NCBI GenBank assembly: GCA_032718475.1
Contig: JAUCBJ010001225.1
Span: 1-52,531 of the forward strand
Length of the DNA: 52,531 nucleotides
Origin: Nemertoderma westbladi
Lineage: Eukaryota; Animalia; Xenacoelomorpha
Direction of reading: 5' to 3'
The stretch's first letter is position 1. Every line of letters begins with the position of its first letter. Below, piece by piece: positions 25,401-37,246 of the stretch. The position numbers and the translations under genes are program-made. The notes under the pieces were generated by a model. It was not told the origin of the DNA and ran no database searches. It saw nothing but the letters and a program-made list of their open reading frames with translations.

Positions 25401-25429
25401 TCATAAATTGAAATGTTTACTTTGATAAG

Positions 25430-25669
25430 GTGGTGAACAAGTTTCTCTACTCTACGTCGGCTGACCACACTGCTCGTTGTTGGATATCTGAGTTCGGAGA
25501 TTGTACTCGGATATATAAAGGCGCGGCGCATTCAGTCAATGCAATACGGTTGTGCGAGGGGATACTCTATACTGGGTCGGGAGATGGTTACGTACGAGCG
25601 TACGAGTCTAAGGGAGGTACACTGAAGCGTCTGTTTACTGGTCATGAACGAGGGGTCACTGATATTGAG
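25430..25669 (+). CDS. WDR86: WDR86-like exon 5
   Basis: tttgataag|GTG GTG AAC..; VVNKFLYSTSADHTARCW..LYTGSGDGYVRAYESKGGTLKRLFTGHERGVTDIE|gtag, like human VNRLVYSGSADRTVKCW..LFTGSGDACARAFD. Confidence 0.92.
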
Positions 25670-25799
25670 GTAGGTTAAGTTTAAAAACACGTCTAGATAT
25701 TGTAACAAGACGATTTGGAGTCGCCATTAATTAGAAGTTACCATAAATACAATAATTATAATTAGATAATATCTAATAATTATTAATCTTTCAAAACAG

Positions 25800-25970
25800 T
25801 TTGCGAACAACAAACTATATTCTGTATCAAACGATGGTACACTGAGACAATGGGACTTGACAGATTTAATGAAAACCTATCAAAGTAAAACGAAACCAGA
25901 ACAAGGAAAGATCAGCAATGTCGCTACTGTCAATCCTCTTGTTATGGAGACATCCATTGATATGGAAGGG
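25800..25970 (+). CDS. WDR86: WDR86-like exon 6 (last WD repeat plus linker)
   Basis: tttcaaaacag|FANNKLYSVSNDGTLRQWDLTDLMK...SIDMEG|gttagt (phase 0 to 0), like human VLYTASHDGALRLWDV. Not in the ORF track. Confidence 0.88.
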
Positions 25971-26441
25971 GTTAGTTAGTGAAATATTGTTAAATTTGTA
26001 AAGGTAATTAATTGCTTTTAGTACTAGTACATTTACATGAAGTCACAAATTGAAATGAAATTGAATTAATTGTTGAGTAACTCCCGTGACATCTTTCTAT
26101 AGAAATATGAATTGGTCATTAAGGTAATCCTCGAAAATCACCATTATATTTATTAATAAGTTATTTGTAGTTCTTTCCTAGAAAAGCCAGCAAGCTGGCT
26201 GTAAACGAAATTACCTAAACTTTAACAACAAATATACCTGATCGTGATCCTAGATCGAACCCACCAAAGTGAGATACCATAGATAAACTCCACCACCACA
26301 ACAACAACAACAACAAGAATTACATTCTTTTTGAAGGTCCCTCTTTCCTACAACAACTACCCACCTCTATAAAGAGGCTGTTAATTGTATTCATTCATAA
26401 ATGATAAGTGAAATTAAAGTGAAACTTACAACATTTTATAG

Positions 26442-26567
26442 GACGATGGAACTCTAAAAGACGATGGGAATTCTGAAAACGATTCTGGAGATGATAGTTC
26501 TGGTTTGGGGAGTTCCAGATTGGGTAGCAGTGTGAGCAGGACTTCTAATAGAAGTACAGTTATACAA
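26442..26567 (+). CDS. WDR86: WDR86-like exon 7 (shortest form; 3' end extendable into the tandem array)
   Basis: attttatag|DDGTLKDDGNSENDSGDDSSGLGSSRLGSSVSRTSNRSTVIQ|gtgagt. The phase-0 donor matches the phase-0 acceptor at 34681. Confidence 0.7.
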
Positions 26568-29500
26568 GTGAGTTTCTATGGTAGTTCCAGATTGGGTAGC
26601 AGTGTGAGCAGGACTTCTAATAGAAGTACAGTTATACAAGTGAGTTTCTATGGTAGTTCCAGATTGGGTAGCAGTGTGAGCAGGACTTCTAATAGAAGTA
26701 CAGTTATACAAGTTAGTTTCTATGGGAGTTCCAGATTGGGTAGCAGTGTGAGCAGGACTTCTAATAGAAGTACAGTTATACAAGTTAGTTTCTATGGGAG
26801 TTCCAGATTGGGTAGCAGTGTGAGCAGGACTTCTAATAGAAGTACAGTTATACAAGTGAGTTTCTATGGTAGTTCCAGATTGGGTAGCAGTGTGAGCAGG
26901 ACTTCTAATAGAAGTACAGTTATACAAGTGAGTTTCTATGGTAGTTCCAGATTGGGTAGCAGTGTGAGCAGGACTTCTAATAGAAGTACAGTTATACAAG
27001 TTAGTTTCTATGGGAGTTCCAGATTGGGTAGCAGTGTGAGCAGGACTTCTAATAGAAGTACAGTTATACAAGTTAGTTTCTATGGGAGTTCCAGATTGGG
27101 TAGCAGTGTGAGCAGGACTTCTAATAGAAGTACAGTTATACAAGTGAGTTTCTATGGGAGTTCCAGATTGGGTAGCAGTGTGAGCAGGACTTCTAATAGA
27201 AGTACAGTTATACAAGTGAGTTTCTATGGGAGTTCCAGATTGGGTAGCAGTGTGAGCAGGACTTCTAATAGAAGTACAGTTATACAAGTAAGTTTTTATG
27301 GGAGTTCCAGATTGGGTAGCAGTGTGAGCAGGACTTCTAATAGAAGTACAGTTATACAAGTTAGTTTATATGGTAGTTCCAGATTGGATAGCAGTGTGAG
27401 CAGGACTTCTAATAGAAGTACAGTTATACAAGTTAGTTTCTATGGGAGTTCCAGATTGGGTAGCAGTGTGAGCAGGACTTCTAATAGAAGTACAGTTATA
27501 CAAGTTAGTTTCTATGGTAGTTCCAGATTGGGTAGCAGTGTGAGCAGGACTTCTAATAGAAGTACAGTTATACAAGTGAGTTTCTATGGGAGTTCCAGAT
27601 TGGGTAGCAGTGTGAGCAGGACTTCTAATAGAAGTACAGTTATACAAGTTAGTTTCTATGGGAGTTCCAGATTGGGTAGCAGTGTGAGCAGGACTTCTAA
27701 TAGAAGTACAGTTATACAAGTTAGTTTATATGGTAGTTCCAGATTGGGTAGCAGTGTGAGCAGGACTTCTAATAGAAGTACAGTTATACAAGTTAGTTTC
27801 TATGGGAGTTCCAGATTGGGTAGCAGTGTGAGCAGGACTTCTAATAGAAGTACAGTTATACAAGTTAGTTTCTATGGGAGTTTCAGATTGGGTAGCAGTG
27901 TGAGCAGGACTTCTAATAGAAGTACAGTTATACAAGTTAGTTTATATGGTAGTTCCAGATTGGGTAGCAGTGTGAGCATGGACTTCTAATAGAAGTACAG
28001 TTATACAAGTGAGTTTCTATGGGAGTTCCAGATTGGGTAGCAGTGTGAGCAGGACTTCTAATAGAAGTACAGTTATACAAGTGAGTTTCTATGGGAGTTC
28101 CAGATTGGGTAGCAGTGTGAGCAGGACTTCTAATAGAAGTACAGTTATACAAGTTAGTTTCTATGGGAGTTCCAGATTGGGTAGCAGTGTGAGCAGGACT
28201 TCTAATAGAAGTACAGTTATACAAGTTAGTTTCTATGGGAGTTCCAGATTGGGTAGCAGTGTGAGCAGGACTTCTAATAGAAGTACAGTTATACAAGTTA
28301 GTTTCTATGGGAGTTCCAGATTGGGTAGCAGTGTGAGCAGGACTTCTAATAGAAGTACAGTTATACAAGTTAGTTTATATGGTAGTTCCAGATTGGGTAG
28401 CAGTGTGAGCAGGACTTCTAATAGAAGTACAGTTATACAAGTGAGTTTCTATGGGAGTTCCAGATTGGGTAGCAGTGTGAGCAGGACTTCTAATAGAAGT
28501 ACAGTTATACAAGTTAGTTTCTATGGGAGTTCCAGATTGGATAGCAGTGTGAGCAGGACTTCTAATAGAAGTACTGTCATACAAGTTAGTTTTTATGGGA
28601 GTTCCAGATTGGGTAGCAGTGTGAGCAGGACTTCTAATATAAATACAGTTATACAAGTTAGTTTCTATGGGAGTTCCAGATTGGGTAGCAGTGTGAGCAG
28701 GACTTCTAATAGAAGTATAGTTATACAAGTGAGTTTCTATGGTAGTTATTCCAGATTGGGTAGCAGTGTGAGCAGGACTTCTAATAGAAGTACGGTTATA
28801 CAAGTTAGTTTCTATGGGAGTTCCAGATTGGGTAGCAGTGTGAGCAGGACTTCTAATATAAGTACAGTTATACAAGTTAGTTTCTATGGGAGTTCCAGAT
28901 TGGGTAGCAGTGTGAGCAGGACTTCTAATAGAAGTACAGTCATACAAGTGAGTTTCTATGGTAGTTCCAGATTGGGTAGCAGTGTGAGCAGGACTTCTAA
29001 TATAAGTATAGTTATACAAGTTAGTTTCTATGGGAGTTCCAGATTGGGTAGCAGTGTGAGCAGGACTTCTAATAGAAGTATAGTTATACAAGTGAGTTTC
29101 TATGGTAGTTATTCCAGATTGGGTAGCAGTGTGAGCAGGACTTCTAATAGAAGTACGGTTATACAAGTTAGTTTCTATGGGAGTTCCAGATTGGGCAGCA
29201 GTGTGAGCAGGACTTCTAATAGAAGTACAGTTATACAAGTGAGTTTTTATGGGAGTTCCAGATTGGGTAGCAGTGTGAGCAGGACTTCTAATAGAAGTAT
29301 AGTTATACAAGTGAGTTTCTATGGTAGTTATTCCAGATTGGGTAGCAGTGTGAGCAGGACTTCTAATAGAAGTACGGTTATACAAGTTAGTTTCTATGGG
29401 AGTTCCAGATTGGGTAGCAGTGTGAGCAGGACTTCTAATAGAAGTATAGTTATACAAGTGAGTTTCTATGGTAGTTATTCCAGATTGGGTAGCAGTGTGA

Positions 29501-32500
29501 GCAGGACTTCTAATAGAAGTACGGTTATACAAGTTAGTTTCTATGGGAGTTCCAGATTGGGTAGCAGTGTGAGCAGGACTTCTAATAGAAGTACAGTTAT
29601 ACAAGTAAGTTTTTATGGGAGTTCCAGATTGGGTAGCAGTGTGAGCAGGACTTCTAATAGAAGTACAGTCATACAAGTGAGTTTCTATGGTAGTTCCAGA
29701 TTGGGTAGCAGTGTGAGCAGGACTTCTAATATAAATACAGTTATACAAGTTAGTTTCTATGGGAGTTCCAGATTGGGTAGCAGTGTGAGCAGGACTTCTA
29801 ATAGAAGTATAGTTATACAAGTGAGTTTCTATGGTAGTTATTCCAGATTGGGTAGCAGTGTGAGCAGGACTTCTAATAGAAGTACGGTTATACAAGTTAG
29901 TTTCTATGGGAGTTCCAGATTGGGTAGCAGTGTGAGCAGGACTTCTAATATAAGTACAGTTATACAAGTTAGTTTCTATGGGAGTTCCAGATTGGGTAGC
30001 AGTGTGAGCAGGACTTCTAATAGAAGTACGGTTATACAAGTTAGTTTCTATGGGAGTTCCAGATTGGGTAGCAGTGTGAGCAGGACTTCTAATATAAGTA
30101 CAGTTATACAAGTTAGTTTCTATGGGAGTTCCAGATTGGGTAGCAGTGTGAGCAGGACTTCTAATAGAAGTACGGTTATACAAGTTAGTTTCTATGGGAG
30201 TTCCAGATTGGGTAGCAGTGTGAGCAGGACTTCTAATAGAAGTACGGTTATACAAGTTAGTTTCTATGGGAGTTCCAGATTGGGTAGCAGTGTGAGCAGG
30301 ACTTCTAATATAAGTACAGTTATACAAGTTAGTTTCTATGGGAGTTCCAGATTGGGTAGCAGTGTGAGCAGGACTTCTAATAGAAGTACGGTTATACAAG
30401 TTAGTTTCTATGGGAGTTCCAGATTGGGTAGCAGTGTGAGCAGGACTTCTAATATAAGTACAGTTATACAAGTTAGTTTCTATGGGAGTTCCAGATTGGG
30501 TAGCAGTGTGAGCAGGACTTCTAATATAAGTATAGTTATACAAGTTAGTTTCTATGGGAGTTCCAGATTGGGTAGCAGTGTGAGCAGGACTTCTAATAGA
30601 AGTATAGTTATACAAGTGAGTTTCTATGGTAGTTATTCCAGATTGGGTAGCAGTGTGAGCAGGACTTCTAATAGAAGTACGGTTATACAAGTTAGTTTCT
30701 ATGGGAGTTCCAGATTGGGCAGCAGTGTGAGCAGGACTTCTAATAGAAGTACAGTTATACAAGTGAGTTTTTATGGGAGTTCCAGATTGGGTAGCAGTGT
30801 GAGCAGGACTTCTAATAGAAGTATAGTTATACAAGTGAGTTTCTATGGTAGTTATTCCAGATTGGGTAGCAGTGTGAGCAGGACTTCTAATAGAAGTACG
30901 GTTATACAAGTTAGTTTCTATGGGAGTTCCAGATTGGGTAGCAGTGTGAGCAGGACTTCTAATAGAAGTACAGTTATACAAGTGAGTTTTTATGGGAGTT
31001 CCAGATTGGGTAGCAGTGTGAGCAGGACTTCTAATAGAAGTATAGTTATACAAGTGAGTTTCTATGGTAGTTATTCCAGATTGGGTAGCAGTGTGAGCAG
31101 GACTTCTAATAGAAGTACGGTTATACAAGTTAGTTTCTATGGGAGTTCCAGATTGGGTAGCAGTGTGAGCAGGACTTCTAATAGAAGTACAGTTATACAA
31201 GTAAGTTTTTATGGGAGTTCCAGATTGGGTAGCAGTGTGAGCAGGACTTCTAATAGAAGTACGGTTATACAAGTTAGTTTCTATGGTAGTTCCAGATTGG
31301 GTAGCAGTGTGAGCAGGACTTCTAATAGAAGTACGGTTATACAAGTTAGTTTCTATGGGAGTTCCAGATTGGGTAGCAGTGTGAGCAGGACTTCTAATAG
31401 AAGTACGGTTATACAAGTTAGTTTTTATGGGAGTTCCAGATTGGGTAGCAGTGTGAGCAGGACTTCTAATAGAAGTACGGTTATACAAGTTAGTTTCTAT
31501 GGTAGTTCCAGATTGGGTAGCAGTGTGAGCAGGACTTCTAATAGAAGTACGGTTATACAAGTTAGTTTCTATGGGAGTTCCAGATTGGGTAGCAGTGTGA
31601 GCAGGACTTCTAATAGAAGTATAGTTATACAAGTGAGTTTCTATGGTAGTTATTCCAGATTGGGTAGCAGTGTGAGCAGGACTTCTAATAGAAGTACGGT
31701 TATACAAGTTAGTTTCTATGGGAGTTCCAGATTGGGTAGCAGTGTGAGCAGGACTTCTAATAGAAGTACGGTTATACAAGTTAGTTTCTATGGGAGTTCC
31801 AGATTGGGTAGCAGTGTGAGCAGGACTTCTAATAGAAGTACAGTTATACAAGTTAGTTTCTATGGTAGTTCCAGATTGGGTAGCAGTGTGAGCAGGACTT
31901 CTAATAGAAGTACAGTTATACAAGTTAGTTTCTATGGGAGTTCCAGATTGGGTAGCAGTGTGAGCAGGACTTCTAATAGAAGTACGGTTATACAAGTTAG
32001 TTTCTATGGGAGTTCCAGATTGGGTAGCAGTGTGAGCAGGACTTCTAATAGAAGTACAGTTATACAAGTTAGTTTCTATGGTAGTTCCAGATTGGGTAGC
32101 AGTGTGAGCAGGACTTCTAATAGAAGTACAGTTATACAAGTTAGTTTCTATGGGAGTTCCAGATTGGGTAGCAGTGTGAGCAGGACTTCTAATAGAAGTA
32201 CGGTTATACAAGTTAGTTTCTATGGGAGTTCCAGATTGGGTAGCAGTGTGAGCAGGACTTCTAATAGAAGTACAGTTATACAAGTTAGTTTCTATGGTAG
32301 TTCCAGATTGGGTAGCAGTGTGAGCAGGACTTCTAATAGAAGTACAGTTATACAAGTTAGTTTCTATGGGAGTTCCAGATTGGGTAGCAGTGTGAGCAGG
32401 ACTTCTAATAGAAGTACAGTTATACAAGTTAGTTTCTATGGGAGTTCCAGATTGGGTAGCAGTGTGAGCAGGACTTCTAATAGAAGTACGGTTATACAAG

Positions 32501-34540
32501 TTAGTTTCTATGGGAGTTCCAGATTGGGTAGCAGTGTGAGCAGGACTTCTAATAGAAGTACGGTTATACAAGTTAGTTTCTATGGGAGTTCCAGATTGGG
32601 TAGCAGTGTGAGCAGGACTTCTAATAGAAGTACAGTTATACAAGTGAGTTTTTATGGGAGTTCCAGATTGGGTAGCAGTGTGAGCAGGACTTCTAATAGA
32701 AGTACAGTTATACAAGTTAGTTTCTATGGGAGTTCCAGATTGGGTAGCAGTGTGAGCAGGACTTCTAATAGAAGTACAGTTATACAAGTTAGTTTCTATG
32801 GGAGTTCCAGATTGGGTAGCAGTGTGAGCAGGACTTCTAATAGAAGTACAGTTATACAAGTTAGTTTCTATGGTAGTTCCAGATTGGGTAGCAGTGTGAG
32901 CAGGACTTCTAATAGAAGTACAGTTATACAAGTGAGTTTATATGGGAGTTCCAGATTGGGTAGCAGTGTGAGCAGGACTTCTAATAGAAGTACAGTTATA
33001 CAAGTTAGTTTCTATGGGAGTTCCAGATTGGGTAGCAGTGTGAGCAGGACTTCTAATAGAAGTACAGTTATACAAGTTAGTTTCTATGGGAGTTCCAGAT
33101 TGGGTAGCAGTGTGAGCAGGACTTCTAATAGAAGTACAGTTATACAAGTGAGTTTTTATGGGAGTTCCAGATTGGGTAGCAGTGTGAACAGGACTTCTAA
33201 TAGAAGTACAGTTATACAAGTGATTTTTTATGGGAGTTCCAGATTGGATAGCAGTGTGAGCAGGACTTCTAATAGAAGTACAGTTATACAAGTGAGTTTT
33301 TATGGGAGTTCCAGATTGGATAGCAGTGTGAGCAGGACTTCTAATAGAAGTACAGTTATACAAGTGAGTTTTTATGGGAGTTCCAGATTGGATAGCAGTG
33401 TGAGCAGGACTTCTAATAGAAGTACAGTTATACAAGTGAGTTTCTATGGGAGTTCCAGATTGGGTAGCAGTGTGAGCAGGACTTCTAATAGAAGTACAGT
33501 TATACAAGTGAGTTTATATGGGAGTTCCAGATTGGGTAGCAGTCTGAGCAGGACTTCTAATAGAAGTACAGTTATACAAGTTAGTTTCTATGGGAGTACC
33601 AGATTGGGTAGCAGTGTGAGCAGGACTTCTAATAGAAGTACAGTTATACAAGTGAGTTTTTATGGGAGTTCCAGATTGGGTAGCAGTGTGAGCAGGACTT
33701 CTAATAGAAGTACAGTTATACAAGTTAGTTTCTATGGTAGTTATTCCAGATTGGGTAGCAGTGTGAGCAGGACTTCTAATAGAAGTACAGTTATACAAGT
33801 GAGTATTTATGGGAGTTCCAGATTGGGTAGCAGTGTGAGCAGGACTTCTAATAGAAGTACAGTTATACAAGTGAGTTTTTATGGGAGTTCCAGATTGGAT
33901 AGCAGTGTGAGCAGGACTTCTAATAGAAGTACAGTTATACAAGTGAGTTTTTATGGGAGTTCCAGATTGGGTAGCAGTGTGAGCAGGACTTCTAATAGAA
34001 GTACAGTTATACAAGTTAGTTTCTATGGGAGTTCCAGATTGGGTAGCAGTGTGAGCAGGACTTCTAATAGAAGTACAGTTATACAAGTTAGTTTCTATGG
34101 GAGTTCCAGATTGGGTAGCAGTGTGAGCAGGACTTCTAATAGAAGTACAGTTATACAAGTTAGTTTCTATGGTAGTTCCAGATTGGGTAGCAGTGTGAGC
34201 AGGACTTCTAATAGAAGTACAGTTATACAAGTGAGTTTCTATGGGAGTTCCAGATTGGGTAGCAGTGTGAGCAGGACTTCTAATAGAAGTACAGTTATAC
34301 AAGTTAGTTTCTATGGGAGTTATTCCAGATTGGGTAGCAGTGTGAGCAGGACTTCTAATAGAAGTACAGTTATACAAGTTAGTTTCTATGGGAGTTCCAG
34401 ATTGGGTAGCAGTGTGAGCAGGACTTCTAATAGAAGTACAGTTATACAAGTTAGTTTCTATGGGAGTTCCAGATTGGGTAGCAGTGTGAGCAGGACTTCT
34501 AATAGAAGTACAGTTATACAAGTTAGTTTCTATGGGAGTT
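26508..34540 (+). repeat. 72-bp tandem array (about 111 units; 11 units are 75 bp) made of the exon-7 end plus splice donor; open in the + frame (GSSRLGSSVSRTSNRSTVIQVSFY)n
   Basis: Unit GGGAGTTCCAGATTGGGTAGCAGTGTGAGCAGGACTTCTAATAGAAGTACAGTTATACAA|GTKAGTTTCTAT. First donor 26568, last 34522; single +1 insertion at 27979. Confidence 0.97.
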
Positions 34541-34680
34541 TTTGTTGTTGTTGTTTACTAACCAATTTAATTTTAATCAATGTAATGTAACTCTTCAGGG
34601 AATCTTGAAATGCATGTACTATAAATATTTATGTTTGGGTTCAATTTCTCTTTGAAAACTTTGGAAAAACGAAATTATAG

Positions 34681-34884
34681 GTAGATGGCAGAAACAATGA
34701 CGAGGGTGATGTTGAGTCAGACAATGATAATGGTGATGAAGAGCCTGATAATGAAGTCAGTGAGGAGGAAGATAACGTTGAAAGTGATGAAGAAGAAGAA
34801 GTTGAAGAGGAAAATGATAACGCTGATGACTCAACAGATAACGACGAAGCTGGTTCATCGGATAATGACATAACAGATATATAA
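34681..34884 (+). CDS. WDR86: WDR86-like terminal exon 8, highly acidic tail
   Basis: aattatag|VDGRNNDEGDVESDNDNGDEEPDNEVSEEEDNVESDEEEEVEEENDNADDSTDNDEAGSSDNDITDI*. The 8 exons sum to 1518 nt, 505 aa plus stop. Confidence 0.75.
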   Translation, partial: VDGRNNDEGDVESDNDNGDEEPDNEVSEEEDNVESDEEEEVEEENDNADDSTDNDEAGSSDNDITDI

Positions 34885-34940
34885 CAATTGTATCGAAAGT
34901 TATAACGGTCTTACACATGTAGGCGGCATACATGTTTGTG

Positions 34941-34946
34941 AATAAA
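34941..34946 (+). terminator. Candidate polyadenylation signal of the WDR86-like gene
   Basis: AATAAA about 55 nt after the stop codon. Confidence 0.5.
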
Positions 34947-35526
34947 TTATTCAAATGATACTTACATATTATTATGGTGAATATGTAATATGATACATGT
35001 AGAATATATTTTACAGTAAATACATTTTTGCGAACTATTAGTTACTAATGTGTGATTTCGGTAGTTAGAAGTTATTTTATATATTTAATGTTGTTTTCGT
35101 TACTAAGCAAAGGTTGATAAAAAACGTTGTGAAAAAAATTATGTGTAAAATATCATCTATAAGCATTAGCAAACAAATATATTGGATTTATTATTGTTGT
35201 CGTTTGAGGAATAATCAATAGTCCCAAAATGCGAACTGAGAGGGGAGCAATAGGAAGTAGACAAGTGGAGAAGTTCTGTAAGAATTACAAATGACAAGTT
35301 GGCACAAAACGGATATTTACACTGGCGAAGAAGACATCTAACAACATATTATTATTAATATTTCTCCACAAAATTATCTTTTGAACCGTTTCAAAAATAT
35401 AGAATGGACTTTATTCCTACAAGCTAGAAGACAAATTTGACCTTCTTGCATAGAAATACGTACAGTCAGAAATAATTGTTTCATACGTATCAGTGCCAGT
35501 ATTTCAAATTTCCCTCCAAAATCTTT

Positions 35527-35725
35527 GAATTATTTTTTCATTAATTTCTTTTCTCAGCTGAATTATATTTCATTAATTTTTTTTTCTGGTTGAATTATAT
35601 TTCATTAATTTTTTTTTATTAATAATTAATTAATTAATTATTGAATTATATTTCATTAATTTTTTTGGTTGAATTATATTTTATTATTTTTTTTTCTGGT
35701 TGAATTATATTTCATTAAATTATTT
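35527..35725. repeat. About 30-bp AT-rich tandem repeat
   Basis: TGAATTATATTTCATTAATTTTTTT(CT)GGT about 6 times. Confidence 0.8.
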
Positions 35726-36319
35726 TTACATTTCCCATTTTAAAAATAAATGAAATTTCCCACATACCTACCGTAAGTTTCTTCACCTACCTTCGCTTCA
35801 TAATTAAAATAACAATAATAATTATTGTAATTGTAATAAATGATATCAAATATTAGTATCATCGTTCATAATATTATATATTTTAATCCAATTATAGAAA
35901 ATCCATTTTTTTTGTTTACTCTTTGCATTTGATGTTTTTTCAACACTGTTTTGGTGGTTTATTTTTGGAACAACGTATCAAATTTTATGACTCCCTATGA
36001 GTTGTATTCTACGATAATCCAACATTTTAATCGTTTATATTTTGTTTATATTGTGTCGTAGATCTCCATTTATTTATACTTTACGGGTTTCACATCAGGT
36101 TAAATTGAATAAACACACTTAGTCGAGACCCGCAAAATATGTAGCGTTTCAGTTTTAAACAAGATTTATATATGTGAAAATGTCGGTACCATGCCAAATT
36201 TTGACACACACAAAATAGTGCAACCCTTTAGTTTCATGTTTTCAAAGTTCGACTACCTAGTTTAACATTGTTTAAATGGGCTGCGGTAAACCGCGCGGTT
36301 TAGCGCACACCTACCTGTT

Positions 36320-36399
36320 GGGTCGTTCACAGTCAGCGGTGTACCGCTGGCCCTGCGGTACACCGCGCGGTGTACCGTTCCGTTGAATGTGAACGGCCC
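36320..36399. mobile_element. Tiny PIF/Harbinger-like MITE
   Basis: TIRs GGGTCGTTCACA / TGTGAACGGCCC; internal palindromic GCGGTACACCGCGCGGTGTACCG; TTA just outside the right end. Confidence 0.5.
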
Positions 36400-37144
36400 T
36401 TTACCGACATAACGAATATTAATAATATTACAGTATATGAAGGCATTTCCCATTCTTTGTCGAGAACAACCCCATTTAGTTGCTCATTTAGTTACTAGGC
36501 CAATACCAACCAACCACAAATGGCATATCGCTAGGCTATGAGTGAATCGATTTGGTAATTAAAACGCCTTGGAATGGCTGCAATTGAGTTGAGAAGGGGG
36601 CGGCAGGTGGTCAAACAGAACCAATGTTACTAGGATATCAATCTCCTTTTGTAATTTGAAATTTACAATCACAAGTAATAGCCTCTAAGTGGAGTTGTTA
36701 AATGCGCAATTTACATTATCGGCAAATAACGAAGATTGTTTAAAAATTGAAGTTTTATTTTATACCCACGGTTTTCAAGGTTCACTATGATAGAGAAAAA
36801 AGAGACTCAACTCCACCATGAATTGTAAACCAGAAGGACTTCCAAGTAGGATATCACCAACAGTTTCTTTTAATCAAACGAAACCTTACTTCATCAATAT
36901 TTACAGTGATTACCGGTACGTCTCATTATCTCAAGGACCTGAATATTTTTGTATTCATAAGTGCAAATTTCAATAATAATAACATATAAATAAGTAAGAT
37001 AAATAAGATATATTAATTTCTAGCTTGGAGAATTCCTCTAATGAGCACTGACATTAATTAATAAAATAACCCACTTGGTGTCTTTAGGTTGCCAGGTAGT
37101 GTTTATTTAGAAATAAAGTAGTTAATTTTACTTTCAATTTCGAG

Positions 37145-37246
37145 ACAAAGTGTCCGCGGTAGAATTGTACAGAACGGAATTGTCCGGAACCGAATTGTCT
37201 GGTTGGAGGAAGTCCGGAACTGAACATTCCGGTATGAATTGTCCTG
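37145..37246. repeat. About 15-bp GAATTGTCCGG subterminal-type repeats (DNA transposon end)
   Basis: Six or seven degenerate GAATTGTCCGG units. Confidence 0.55.

Noticed and set aside
26503-26508. Exon-7 donor at GTTTGG before the array
   Set aside because: Weak consensus and phase 1, incompatible with the phase-0 acidic terminal exon.
26454-34521. Long minus-strand ORFs (YNCTSIRSPAHTATQSGTPIET)n
   Set aside because: Antisense shadow of the array. Common variants are non-synonymous or create stops in this frame, and there is no gene context.
26568-34522. Array as cassette micro-exons using internal AGs (TTCCAG, CTAATAG)
   Set aside because: These would give 49-nt or 16-nt exons, not multiples of 3, with poor pyrimidine tracts.
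26508-34540. CRISPR array
   Set aside because: Head-to-tail units with no unique spacers, no cas genes, and a eukaryotic context.
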